The translations under genes were made by a program, and so were the position numbers. Source: Corallococcus sp. NCRR (GTDB lineage: Bacteria > Myxococcota > Myxococcia > Myxococcales > Myxococcaceae). From it: a stretch of DNA of 64,000 nt. The notes under the pieces are model-generated. The model saw nothing but the letters and a program-made list of their open reading frames with translations, had not been told where the DNA came from and did no database searches. Shown here in pieces: positions 18,454-29,376 of this stretch. Position 1 is the stretch's first letter. Each line of letters starts with the position of its first letter. The stretch is from the NCBI RefSeq assembly GCF_026965535.1, contig NZ_CP114039.1, positions 7,907,461 through 7,971,460 of the forward strand, written 5' to 3'.

Positions 18454-21400
18454 ATGCGGTCACAACGCGCTGTCTGGAGCAGGCTCCTGTTGTTCGCCGC
18501 GAGCCTGGGCCTTCTGTCCTGCGGCGGGAACGAGCGCCCGGCGGCACCCGGGGGCATCCGCGCCACGCAGGCCCGTCTCGCGACGGCCCCTGCCTGGTAC
18601 GCCACCCCGTCCATGGCGACGCCGCGCGGGCAACACGCGGCCGTCCTGCTCCCCACCGGGAAGCTGCTCGTCGTCAACGGCGTCAACAGGGACGGCTTCG
18701 TGGGCACGGCGGATCTCTACGATCCCGACACCAACACCTGGAGCTCCGCGGGCCCCTCCAGCCTCACGGGCAACATCACCCTGGCCGTGCTCCTGCCCAC
18801 CGGCAGGGTGCTGGTGCTGACCGACGGCTCGCAGGGGGGACGCCTCTATGATCCCATCACCAATACCTGGTCCGCCACGGGCAACATGGCCTCGACCCGC
18901 AGCCTCACCACGGCCACGCTGCTGGCCACGGGACAGGTCCTGATCGCGGGCGGCACCGGCGGTGGCGGCGTCCGGCTCACCACCGCGGAGCTCTACGACC
19001 CCGCGACCAACACCTTCACCGCCACGGGCTCCATGTCCGCGGGCCGGAACGCGCACACCGCCACGCGGCTGCGCGATGGCCGCGTGCTCGCGGTGAGCGG
19101 CTTCAGCGGCAGCGGTGAGGTGCCCGGCGCCGACCTCTACAACCCGGCCACCGGCACCTGGTCCGCCGCCGCGCCCCCGCTGGTGGCCCGGCACTACGCC
19201 ACCAGCACCCTGCTCCCCGACGGCCGCGTGCTCGTCGCGGGTGGCTTCGCCGCGGGCGGCGTGACGGCCCAGTCGGAGCTCTATGACCCGGCGGCCAACA
19301 CCTGGACCGCGACCGGCAGCCTCGCGTTCCCGCGCGCCGGCCACCAGGCCACGCTGCTGGCCGACGGGCGCGTCCTCGTCAGCGGCGGCGCCGTCAGCGG
19401 AGCACCCGCGCAGGCCGAGTCCGAGATCTACGATCCCGCCACCGGCACCTGGTCTCCCGGCGGCACGATGAACATCGCCCGCGAGAACCACACCGCGACG
19501 CTGCTGCCCGGCGGCAAGGTGTTCGTCACGGGCGGCTTCACCAGCGCCCCCAGCCTGACCTTCTACGCGGACACGGAGCTCTACGACCCCGCCCGCAGCC
19601 AGTGGTCCCCGGCCGGCGCCATGGGGACGCCCCGGACGGATCCCGTGGTGGCGCTGCTGCCTGGCGGCCAGGTGCTCGTCGCGGGAGGCCGGGGTGTCAG
19701 TTCCTCCGCGGCGGCGGAGGTGTATGACCGCGCGAGCAACAACTGGAGCGCCGCGCCCGCGCTCGCCGTGCCCCGCGAGCGCGCGACCGCGACCGTCCTG
19801 CGCTCCGGCCAGGTGCTGGTCGCGGGTGGACGCAACGGGGGCATCTCGACGGCATCCGCCGAACGCTTCGACTCCACCACCGGGACCTGGCTGCCCACCG
19901 CCGACCTGCTCGGCACGAGGCACCTCCACTCCGCCACGCTCCTGCCGGATGGCCGGGTGCTCGTGTCCGGCGGCCAGCGCAACGCCGCGGTGCTTGCCTC
20001 CGCGGAGCTCTACTCGCCCGACGCCAACACCTGGAGCGCGGCGGCGTCCCCCAGCATCGCGCGCGCCAGCCACGGCGCGGTGCTGCTCCATGACGGCAGG
20101 GTGCTCGTCGCTGGCGGTCATGACAACACCGGCGCGGAGACGGCCTCGGCGGAGCTGTACAACCCCGCCACGAACACCTGGGCCCCCGCGGCGAACCTCG
20201 GCGCGGCCCGGGACGAGCTGACGCTGACGCTGCTGCCCTCGGGCCAGGTGCTGGCGGTGGGCGGGATCGCGAGCCTCAACTACCTCACGTCCGCGGAGCT
20301 GTACGACCCCGCCACGAACACCTGGACGCCGGTGGGCCCGCTCGCGCAGTCGCGCATGCACCACACCGCCACGTTGCTGCCCTCCGGCAAGGTCCTGATC
20401 GCGGGCGGCCTGACCGACTTGGGCGCGTACGTCGACACCGCGGAGCTCTTCGACCCCCAGCTGCGCATCTTCACCACCGTCGCGGACCCCACCACGCGCG
20501 GAGGGCTGATCTCCACCGCCCTGCCTTCAGGCGAGGTCCTCCTCGTGGGAGGCGTGGGCCCGCCCGACGCGGAGCTGTTCAACGAGAACGGCGCCCAGCC
20601 CGCGTGGCGGCCCACCGTGACGAACCCGGTGACGCTCGTCGCCGCTTGCCCCACCGTCCTGGAGGGCCTGCTGTTCCGGGGCATCTCCGGCGGCGGCAGC
20701 GGCACCTACTCGGACTCCTCCACCGACTTCCCCCTGGTGCGCTTCCGCGCCGCGGAGGGCGGGCGGCTCTGGACGCTCCCCTCCAGCAACACCTCCGCCA
20801 CGCGCGCGACGGTGACCGTCCCCGCGGACGTGCCGGTGGGCCCCTACGGGCTGACCGTCTTCTCCAACGCCATCTCCGGCGGGCGGATGGTGAACGTCGT
20901 CGCCAACCGTCCTCCGACGGCGGCGGACCAGACGGTCACCGTTCCGAAGGACACGGTCACCGCCATCGCCCTGAACGGCACGGATCCGGACCCCGGCCAG
21001 GTGTTGAGCTGGACCACGGTCACCCAGCCGCAGCACGGCACGCTCGGCACCAGCGCGCAGGGGACGCTCGAGTACACCCCCAACCCCGGCTTCGTGGGCA
21101 CGGACAGCTTCACCTACCGCGTCCGTGACTGCGCCGACGACAGCAACATCGCGACCGTGACCCTCAACGTGACGGAGGACACGGTCCCCCCCACCCTCAC
21201 CTGCCCCGCGGACGTCACCGTGGAGGCGACGGATCCGGACGGCGCGATCGTGACCTACGACCCCGCGGTGCTGGAGCCGGCGGGAGGGCTCCCCGTGAGC
21301 TACTCGCAGCCGTCGGGCGCGCTGTTCCCGATTGGCACCACCCCGGTCACCGCGACCTCCACCGGCCTCACCTGCACGTTCCAGGTGACGGTGCAGGACA

Positions 21401-21753
21401 CCACCGCGCCCACCCTCACCTGCCCCGCGGACATCACGGTGGCGCCAGGCACGACGGTGACGTTCGAGCCCACGGCCACGGACGCGGTGACGGCCAATCC
21501 GGTCGTGACGTCCTCGCCCCCGTCGGGCAGCGACTTCCCCGCCGGGGCCACGCAGGTGACGGTCACCGCCACGGATGATGCGGGCAACACCGCGCAGTGC
21601 ACGTTCCAGGTCCGGGTCCAGGCGCAGGTCGTGGAGATCGCTGGCGGTGGCTGCAACAGCACCGGCGCCGGCTCTTCCGCGCTGGCGCTCCTCGCCGCGC
21701 TGGCGGCCTGGGGCACGTCGCGTCGCCGTCAGAACCCGGCCCGGGGGAACTGA
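18454..21753 (+). CDS. Kelch-repeat lipoprotein with two HYR (hyalin-repeat) domains and a MYXO-CTERM tail
   Basis: Lipobox LGLLSCGG; about 18 Kelch blades; two HYR domains (PPTLTCPADVTVEATDPDGAIVTYDP...FPIGTTPVTATSTGLTCTFQVTVQD, and a second copy); C-terminal GGGCNSTGAGSSALALLAALAAWGTSRRRQ. Confidence 0.82.
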   Translation: MRSQRAVWSRLLLFAASLGLLSCGGNERPAAPGGIRATQARLATAPAWYATPSMATPRGQHAAVLLPTGKLLVVNGVNRDGFVGTADLYDPDTNTWSSAGPSSLTGNITLAVLLPTGRVLVLTDGSQGGRLYDPITNTWSATGNMASTRSLTTATLLATGQVLIAGGTGGGGVRLTTAELYDPATNTFTATGSMSAGRNAHTATRLRDGRVLAVSGFSGSGEVPGADLYNPATGTWSAAAPPLVARHYATSTLLPDGRVLVAGGFAAGGVTAQSELYDPAANTWTATGSLAFPRAGHQATLLADGRVLVSGGAVSGAPAQAESEIYDPATGTWSPGGTMNIARENHTATLLPGGKVFVTGGFTSAPSLTFYADTELYDPARSQWSPAGAMGTPRTDPVVALLPGGQVLVAGGRGVSSSAAAEVYDRASNNWSAAPALAVPRERATATVLRSGQVLVAGGRNGGISTASAERFDSTTGTWLPTADLLGTRHLHSATLLPDGRVLVSGGQRNAAVLASAELYSPDANTWSAAASPSIARASHGAVLLHDGRVLVAGGHDNTGAETASAELYNPATNTWAPAANLGAARDELTLTLLPSGQVLAVGGIASLNYLTSAELYDPATNTWTPVGPLAQSRMHHTATLLPSGKVLIAGGLTDLGAYVDTAELFDPQLRIFTTVADPTTRGGLISTALPSGEVLLVGGVGPPDAELFNENGAQPAWRPTVTNPVTLVAACPTVLEGLLFRGISGGGSGTYSDSSTDFPLVRFRAAEGGRLWTLPSSNTSATRATVTVPADVPVGPYGLTVFSNAISGGRMVNVVANRPPTAADQTVTVPKDTVTAIALNGTDPDPGQVLSWTTVTQPQHGTLGTSAQGTLEYTPNPGFVGTDSFTYRVRDCADDSNIATVTLNVTEDTVPPTLTCPADVTVEATDPDGAIVTYDPAVLEPAGGLPVSYSQPSGALFPIGTTPVTATSTGLTCTFQVTVQDTTAPTLTCPADITVAPGTTVTFEPTATDAVTANPVVTSSPPSGSDFPAGATQVTVTATDDAGNTAQCTFQVRVQAQVVEIAGGGCNSTGAGSSALALLAALAAWGTSRRRQNPARGN

Positions 21754-21756
21754 GAC

Positions 21757-23415
21757 ATGCGCTCCCTCTTTTCTCGAATGGACCTCTCCTTGCGTACGAA
21801 GGCTCAGAGCTGGGCGCTGGCCGCGCTGCTGGCCACCGCCGTCACCCCCGCCGCGTTCGGGCAGACCACCACGAGCCCGCTGAGGCCGCTGGACCTGGAG
21901 CGCCTGCGCTTCACGCCAGCGGCGACGGACTCGATGCTGGTGGACACCGGCCGCGTGCTCCCCGAGGGCGGCTACCGCCTGCTCCTCATGGTCAACTACG
22001 AGCGCGGCATCCTCCTGCTCCAGGGCAGTGATGGGCTGGAGCGCTCCATCCTCCACTACCGCACCGCGGGCTGGCTGGCCGGCGCGTGGTCGCCGGTGGA
22101 CCGGTTGGAGTTCTCCGCGAAGCTGCCCGTCATCATCGCGCAGGGCGGCCACGGCGCGGAGCAGTTGGTGGGCGTGAGCGAGCCGGACTCGTTCGGCCTG
22201 GGCACGCCGGAGCTGGGCGTGCGCTACGAGCTCTTGCGGCGCGAGGAAGGCGCGCCGGTGTTCCTGGGCCTGGGCCTGGACATCGGGATTCCGGGCGGCA
22301 CGGCGGACGCGTTCGGCCGTCAGGCGGGCTGGGCCGGGTTCCAGTTCGCGCCCCGCGTGTCGGTGAGCCGCGAGCTGGGCCCGGTGGTGCTGGGCGCCAA
22401 CGCAGGCATCCGGATCCGCTCGAAGGAGGTCGAGCCGGGCCGCGATGTGGGCACGGAGCTGGAGCAGGGCGTGGTGGTGGCCACGCGAGGCAAGGGGCTG
22501 CGCGCCGAAATCGCGCTGCAGGCCGCCGAGTCGCTCGTGGAGTCGGACCTGGCGCTGGAGCTGCTCGGCGGCGTGCGGCTGCCGGTGGGCGCGGGCTTCG
22601 AGGCCTTCGCGATTGGCGGGCACGGCTTCACGGACATCCCCGGCACGCCGTCGTTCCGGTTGGGCGCAGGCATCGCGTACGCGAACGAGCCGGAGCCCGT
22701 GGACCACTGCCGCACTGGCCGCAGCCACACGCCGGAGCAGTGCCCCAACGAGGACGACGACGGCGACGGCGTGGCGAACAAGGACGACCGCTGCCCGCTG
22801 GAGGCCGGCTCCGTGGAGAACAACGGCTGCCCGGACAAGGACTCGGACGGCGACGGCGTGGTGGACCGCGAGGACCAGTGCCCGAACGAAGCTGGTCCTT
22901 CCTCCGAGCGCGGCTGCCCCGTGAAGGACACGGATGGCGACGGCGTGCCGGACAAGGACGACGCCTGCCCGAACGAGGCCGGCCCCGCGTCCGAGCGTGG
23001 CTGCCCCGCGAAGGAGCAGCCCAAGCCCGAGGAGCCCAAGCCCCAGCCCGAGGAGAAGCCCGCGGAGACGACGTCGCCGCTGGAGCACATCGTCCAGTTC
23101 CCGGTGAACCAGTCGGAGTTCCAGGAGAACGAGCAGCAGCAACTGGACGCCATCGCGGCCTACCTGAAGGCGAACCCCAAGCTGAACATCCGGATTGAAG
23201 GCCACACGGACAACAGCGGCCCGGAGGAGGCCAACCGCACGTTGAGTCAGCAGCGCGCGAACCGCGTGCGCGCGTACCTCATCCAGAAGGGCATCGCGGG
23301 CTCGCGGCTGGAGGCGAAGGGCTTCGGCCCCGACCGTCCGCGCGTGTCCAACGAGACGCCGGAAGGCCGCAGCGAGAACCGCCGCGTGGAGTTCGTCCCC
23401 GTCACGGGGAGCTGA
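21757..23415 (+). CDS. OmpA-family outer-membrane protein with thrombospondin type-3 (calcium-binding) repeats
   Basis: Signal peptide; repeated DxDxDGxxDxxDxCP motifs (DDDGDGVANKDDRCP, DKDSDGDGVVDREDQCP, DTDGDGVPDKDDACP); C-terminal OmpA domain NIRIEGHTDNSG...SQQRANRVRAYL...NRRVEFV; starts 4 nt after the Kelch/HYR gene. Confidence 0.88.
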   Translation: MRSLFSRMDLSLRTKAQSWALAALLATAVTPAAFGQTTTSPLRPLDLERLRFTPAATDSMLVDTGRVLPEGGYRLLLMVNYERGILLLQGSDGLERSILHYRTAGWLAGAWSPVDRLEFSAKLPVIIAQGGHGAEQLVGVSEPDSFGLGTPELGVRYELLRREEGAPVFLGLGLDIGIPGGTADAFGRQAGWAGFQFAPRVSVSRELGPVVLGANAGIRIRSKEVEPGRDVGTELEQGVVVATRGKGLRAEIALQAAESLVESDLALELLGGVRLPVGAGFEAFAIGGHGFTDIPGTPSFRLGAGIAYANEPEPVDHCRTGRSHTPEQCPNEDDDGDGVANKDDRCPLEAGSVENNGCPDKDSDGDGVVDREDQCPNEAGPSSERGCPVKDTDGDGVPDKDDACPNEAGPASERGCPAKEQPKPEEPKPQPEEKPAETTSPLEHIVQFPVNQSEFQENEQQQLDAIAAYLKANPKLNIRIEGHTDNSGPEEANRTLSQQRANRVRAYLIQKGIAGSRLEAKGFGPDRPRVSNETPEGRSENRRVEFVPVTGS

Positions 23416-23475
23416 CCGCGTCGACGTGACGCCGCTTCGTGGACCCCCACGAAGCGGCGCGTGGTGGTTTCAGTG

Positions 23476-23509
23476 AAACGGGCGTGGAGGCCTCCTCCAC
23501 GCCCGTTTT
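23476..23509. terminator. Bidirectional intrinsic terminator between the convergent OmpA and HAD genes
   Basis: Perfect 12-bp stem cgggcgtggagg / cctccacgcccg with a 3-nt loop, flanked by AAA upstream and TTTT downstream; a second hairpin sits at 23431-23459. Confidence 0.6.
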
Positions 23510-23512
23510 GCG

Positions 23513-24286
23513 TCAGGCCTCTTCGGGGTGCAGCTGCACCAGCGCGGGCAGCTCCGCCGCGCGGTCGCGCAGCCGCGACTTGGGCCGGATGGCCACCGGG
23601 ACGCGGGAGGCCGCGAGCAGCTCCAGGTCGAACACGTTGTCGCCGAACGCCGCGTAGAGCGGCCGGTCTGTCCGCAGCCTCAGGCTGTTCACCTTGCCGG
23701 GGCCGTAGGGCACGGGCTCGAAGACGGACGTCAGCAGCCGTCCGCCCTCCTCCTTCGGCGTGCACGCCACCACGAAGTCGGACGGGATGCCCACCTCGCG
23801 CACGGCGGCCTCCACCACCGCGCGCGGCGACGCGCTGACCACGTAGCAGTCCACGCCCTGCCCCCGCGCCCACTCCACCACGCGGCGGGCCTCCGGATGG
23901 ACGCGGCCAGCCACGCCCCGCCGCGCCACCACATCATGGGCGAAGCCGCGCACCTCCTCCGCGTGCCAGCCGGCGAAGACCCACGCCATCATCTCGTAGG
24001 TGTCCTTCTCCGGCAGGCGCCCGGCCTCGAACGCCTTGAACAGCGCGTGCGCCAGCGTCACCGCGTCCGGATGCGACTCCACGCCATGGCGGGCCCCCAG
24101 CCGCTCCAGCGCCGCGCGGGCCTCGGGGCGTACGCCGCCGTGCTCCAGCAGGGCCATGAACAGGTCATCCCCCACGTCCCCGCTCCACAGCGTGCCGTCC
24201 CCGTCGAAGGCCAGCACGCCATCCGGCGTCCGCTCCACCTCGCGACGGATGCGCTCCAGCGTCTCCTCGACCCGCTCAGTCCTCAT
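23513..24286 (-). CDS. HAD-superfamily hydrolase (HAD-IB/phosphoserine-phosphatase-like)
   Basis: Motif I AFDGDGTLW; ATG at 24286 (alternatives at 24295 and 24310). Confidence 0.75.
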   Translation of the reverse strand: MRTERVEETLERIRREVERTPDGVLAFDGDGTLWSGDVGDDLFMALLEHGGVRPEARAALERLGARHGVESHPDAVTLAHALFKAFEAGRLPEKDTYEMMAWVFAGWHAEEVRGFAHDVVARRGVAGRVHPEARRVVEWARGQGVDCYVVSASPRAVVEAAVREVGIPSDFVVACTPKEEGGRLLTSVFEPVPYGPGKVNSLRLRTDRPLYAAFGDNVFDLELLAASRVPVAIRPKSRLRDRAAELPALVQLHPEEA

Positions 24287-24389
24287 GGCCGGCATCCTCG
24301 CTGGCCGCACTGTCCGGTGTCACCCGTGTCCACGAGACCGGGACGCGGGCTGTTCACCATCCCTGCATTGGATGAGTACCCTCCCGGGC

Positions 24390-24950
24390 ATGGCACGAAC
24401 GGAGAAAGAGAAGATGCTCGCGGGCGAGCTGTACAGCGCCGTCGACCCGCGGCTGGTGGCCGAGCGGGCCCGCGCCCGCAAGCTCCTGCGCTCCTACAAC
24501 CAGTCCACCGAGGAAGAGCTGCCGCTGCGTGAGAGCCTGCTCACCGAGTTGCTGGGCAGGGTGGGCGCCGGGACGTGGATCGAACCGCCGTTCTTCTGCG
24601 ACTACGGCGAGCACATCCGGCTGGGCGAGCGCGTCTTCATGAACTTCCAGTGCGTCATCCTGGACTGCAACACGGTGACGATTGGCGACGACGTGTCCTT
24701 CGGCCCGAACGTGCAGGTGTACGCGGCCACGCATCCCCTGGATCCGGATGAGCGCATCAAGGGCCCGGAGCTGGGCCGCGCCATCACCATCGGTTCGAAG
24801 GTGTGGATTGGTGGCGGCTCCATCATCTGCCCGGGCGTCACCATCGGCGAAGGCACGACCATCGGCGCGGGCAGCGTGGTGACGCGGGACATCCCTCCGT
24901 ATGTCTTCGCCGCCGGCAATCCCTGTCGCGTCATCCGGAGCCTCCGGTAG
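24390..24950 (+). CDS. maa: Sugar O-acetyltransferase (maltose/galactoside O-acetyltransferase family, hexapeptide repeats)
   Basis: Left-handed beta-helix hexapeptide repeats (IGDDVSFGPNVQVY..., IGSKVWIGGGSIICPGVTIGEGTTIGAGSVV); ATG at 24390. Confidence 0.85.
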   Translation: MARTEKEKMLAGELYSAVDPRLVAERARARKLLRSYNQSTEEELPLRESLLTELLGRVGAGTWIEPPFFCDYGEHIRLGERVFMNFQCVILDCNTVTIGDDVSFGPNVQVYAATHPLDPDERIKGPELGRAITIGSKVWIGGGSIICPGVTIGEGTTIGAGSVVTRDIPPYVFAAGNPCRVIRSLR

Positions 24951-24992
24951 TCCTCTGTCATTGCGGCCCGGAATCGAGCAAGACTCGGGGCC

Positions 24993-25730
24993 ATGAGCCC
25001 GATATCGCTTCTGCTGGCGAAGAAGACGGCCCTGATCTGGGAGCGCCCCGAGCCTGCCCATCCGCCCGGGGCGATCTCGCTGCGGCGGGAGGCCATCGCA
25101 CGGGCAGCCATGAGCCTTGCTGACAAGAAAGGGCTCGGCGCCGTCTCCCTTCGTACCGTGGCGGCCGCGCTGAAGGTGGACCCGAAGCGGCTTCGCGAGC
25201 ACGTGTTCTCGAAGGACGAGGTGCACGAGCTCATGTCCGACGCGTTCTACCGGGAGCTGGTCGCGGACAGCCTGTTCGCCGGCGACTGGCGCCAGATCAT
25301 GCGCGAAGTCGCCCACCAGTTCCGGCGGGCCGTGCACAAGCACCTGTGGTTCACCGACCTGACGGGCGCCCGAATCGCCATGGTTCCCCACGCGATCGTG
25401 TACACAGAGAGAGCGCTGGCCGCGTTGGTGGATGAACCCGGGTTCGAGGACATCGGCATCGCCATGCGGACCCTGCAGCACGTCAGTGCCTACGCCGTGG
25501 GCGCCGTCCACGGCGAATCCGATGAGCTTCGCTACGAGCGCCGCTTCGGCAAGGCATGGATGGAGTTGCTGTTCACCATGGGGCCCTACTACCGGCGGAT
25601 GCTCGAATCCGGCCGGTTCCCGCGGACCGTCCAGGTGGCCGAGGCCTCCACGGACACGCCCCTGGACACGGTGTTCGACCAGGGACTGGAGTTCATGCTC
25701 GACGGGATTTCCGCGAAGCACTCTCACTGA
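24993..25730 (+). CDS. TetR/AcrR family transcriptional regulator
   Basis: N-terminal HTH (REAIARAAMSLADKKGLGAVSLRTVAAALKV) plus a helical ligand-binding domain. Confidence 0.8.
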   Translation: MSPISLLLAKKTALIWERPEPAHPPGAISLRREAIARAAMSLADKKGLGAVSLRTVAAALKVDPKRLREHVFSKDEVHELMSDAFYRELVADSLFAGDWRQIMREVAHQFRRAVHKHLWFTDLTGARIAMVPHAIVYTERALAALVDEPGFEDIGIAMRTLQHVSAYAVGAVHGESDELRYERRFGKAWMELLFTMGPYYRRMLESGRFPRTVQVAEASTDTPLDTVFDQGLEFMLDGISAKHSH

Positions 25731-25740
25731 GGCGGGGACT

Positions 25741-26496
25741 TCAGCCCACGGCCTGATGGGTCTCGGTGACGCCCTTGTACCCGTAGAGGCCGCTGTCATA
25801 CGGGGTGATGGCGTCGTCGGCCTTCTTGGTGCAGGCCGCGGCGGTCGGGTCGAAGGCCTGGAACTGGCCCTTGTCGTCCTTGAACTCCACCCACGCATGG
25901 AGGCCCCGGTCCGTATTGCCGAAGACGACCTGCGCGTCCACGCCGGCCTGCTCGAAGCGCTGTTCGGCCTCGATGGCCATGTCCACGCAGACGCCGGACT
26001 TGGACGCGTCGAAGTTGCCGGCGTTCTTCATGGCGGCATCCCACGACTTGCCGCCCGTGTAGTCGTAATTCCAGGACGTGGCCTCCTTCGCGATGTCCTG
26101 GGCCACCGCCTCCGCGCTCTTGCCGGAGGACGGGCCCTTCGCGCCCTGCGCCTGGGTGGGAGCCGGGGCCGGAGCGGGCTGGGGCTTCTGGGCCTGGGCC
26201 TTGGCCGGCTCGAAGCTGTCGCGGTTCCTGTTCTGCTGGAAGCGCTGGGAGCCATCGGTGGTGGGCTTCGGGCCCTGGGCCTTCACGGCCTCGCCCTTCA
26301 GCAGGGACTCCTTCGTCAGGCCCAGGTCCTTCAGCAGCTTGGCGAACTCCTGGGGCTGCTTCGCGGAGTCCACCGTCTTCACGTGCGAGCCATCCGGGTT
26401 GACGACCTTCACCACGACATTCCGCGGGGCCTGAGCGGCATCGGTCGGGAGCTTCGCGCACGGGCTGGAGGACGGACGCAGGGAGGAGATCGCCAT
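25741..26496 (-). CDS. Hypothetical protein with a transglutaminase-like (papain-fold) Cys-His-Asp core and a low-complexity K/Q/P/A-rich N-terminal region
   Basis: GVCVDMAIEAEQ ... HAWVEFKDDKGQFQAFDPT resembles the catalytic Cys / His / Asp spacing of the transglutaminase-like superfamily. Confidence 0.5.
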   Translation of the reverse strand: MAISSLRPSSSPCAKLPTDAAQAPRNVVVKVVNPDGSHVKTVDSAKQPQEFAKLLKDLGLTKESLLKGEAVKAQGPKPTTDGSQRFQQNRNRDSFEPAKAQAQKPQPAPAPAPTQAQGAKGPSSGKSAEAVAQDIAKEATSWNYDYTGGKSWDAAMKNAGNFDASKSGVCVDMAIEAEQRFEQAGVDAQVVFGNTDRGLHAWVEFKDDKGQFQAFDPTAAACTKKADDAITPYDSGLYGYKGVTETHQAVG

Positions 26497-26664
26497 GGGA
26501 CAGGGCCTCGAAGAACAGCGGGGATGCCTGTCCCATGAGCACGGCGCGTGCCAGGGCCCGGGGCGCCCAGGGCGAACGCCAAACCCCTGTCTTTCCAGCC
26601 TGTCCTCCTCAGCGCGGGCCCGCGCCCCTGATGACAGCCGTGCGCGGGGTGATGTCCGGCGTCA

Positions 26665-27849
26665 TCACCCCGCCGGCTCGGCGGCGCCCTCGGGCTCTGG
26701 CTCCTCCGGCCCCTCCACGGTGCGCTCCAACGTGCGAGCGAGCGCGGCCCGGGCCTCCTCCGCCTCCTCGAAGGGCTCATCACTCCCGGCCCGCGCCGGA
26801 GGAGGCACCGTCGCGTCCAGTTCCTCCGGATGCAGGCGGAACCACTTCGCGACGAGCATCACCTCCTGGGCCTCCTGCGCGCGGAGGCCAATCGCCTCCG
26901 GCTCCGGCACGTCGAAGATGGCCCGCACGCGCGCGTCCAGCGCCGCCTGCTCGTCCGGCGTCCGGGGCGTGGGCACCTCCGCGCGGATCCGTCCCCGCCT
27001 GAGCACGTACGTGCGGTCCTCCCCGCCGTGCCCGCGCGCCGTGTAGATCAACGACAGCCGCCGCAGCGTGCGCCCCAGCTCGACGATCCACGCCTGCACG
27101 TTCTCCAGCCGCTCCGCGCGGTCGCGCAGCTCCGCCGCGTATTCGAACTGGAGCCGCCGCGCCGCCATCGCCATGCGCTCGCGGAGGATGACGAGCGGCC
27201 GGTCCGACTCGCCGTTGAGGAACGCCCGGGCCAGCGCGACCTGTGCCAGGTACTCCGCCGTCGTGCACCCGCTCGCGCACGGCGACAGACAGCGCGCCGT
27301 CTGCCCGCGCATGCACCGCGGGTCATCCTTCAGGGGGAAGAGCTGGATCTGATCCGCCAGCCGCATGGGCGTCTCGGACGGGCAGTCGCGCAGCTCCAGC
27401 AAATCATTCACCGCGCGCACCACGTCCGCCATGGTGTGCCGGCCATGGAAGGGCCCGAAGTACTCCGCGCTCCCGCCGCCGCCGGGCTGCCTCACCACGC
27501 GCAGCCGGGGCACGGCCTCGCGCGTGAGCTGGAGGAAGCAGTGCGCGCGGTCGCGCTTGTGCTCCACGTTGTAGAGGGGCCGGTGGCTCTTGATGAGGCG
27601 GAACTCATGCAGCAGCGCCGCGAACTCGCTGGCCGTGTACTCCCACTCCACCTGGTGCGCCTGGGCGACGATCTCCCAGGCCTTCTCGCCCTCGTCCGCG
27701 CGGAAGTACGACAACAGCCGCGTGCGCACCCGCACGGACTTGCCCACGTAGAGCAGCTCTCCAGCGGGGCCGAAGAACCGGTACACGCCGGGCCGGTTCT
27801 CCGCGCTCGCGCGGACGTGACTCAGGAGGGTGGCGACGCGCGGGTCCAT
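26665..27849 (-). CDS. GIY-YIG nuclease, UvrC-homologue (Cho-like) with UVR motif and an acidic C-terminal extension
   Basis: GIY-YIG GVYRFFGPAGELLYVGKSVRVRTRLLSYF; UvrC-like Cys cluster; UVR-like EYAAELRDRAERLENV; ATG at 27849. Confidence 0.7.
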   Translation of the reverse strand: MDPRVATLLSHVRASAENRPGVYRFFGPAGELLYVGKSVRVRTRLLSYFRADEGEKAWEIVAQAHQVEWEYTASEFAALLHEFRLIKSHRPLYNVEHKRDRAHCFLQLTREAVPRLRVVRQPGGGGSAEYFGPFHGRHTMADVVRAVNDLLELRDCPSETPMRLADQIQLFPLKDDPRCMRGQTARCLSPCASGCTTAEYLAQVALARAFLNGESDRPLVILRERMAMAARRLQFEYAAELRDRAERLENVQAWIVELGRTLRRLSLIYTARGHGGEDRTYVLRRGRIRAEVPTPRTPDEQAALDARVRAIFDVPEPEAIGLRAQEAQEVMLVAKWFRLHPEELDATVPPPARAGSDEPFEEAEEARAALARTLERTVEGPEEPEPEGAAEPAG

Positions 27850-27972
27850 GCGGTGAAGGGGCCCGAAACCGGGGCACCGCAGGCTAACCCGCCACGTCCC
27901 TGCGCACCGCCGTCCGCGCACGGCCCGTCACAACCCGGCCGGAGAGCGGCCAGCGGGCCACGCGCCCGGACT

Positions 27973-29244
<1,272 letters not shown>

Positions 29245-29376
29245 CTACCTGCACCTGGGGGCGGGGGGTGGGAAGGCGGCATTTCCGGGGCGGCCCGGCG
29301 GTTACATTGGGTCCTTCCGTTACCGATTCACCGCGCGTCTTGGGTCGCCGCGCCATTTCCGTTACAAGCCGCCGCC

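Noticed and set aside
20527-23205. 892-aa minus-strand ORF
   Set aside because: Antisense to the Kelch/HYR and OmpA-TSP3 genes; low-complexity R/G/A/V composition.
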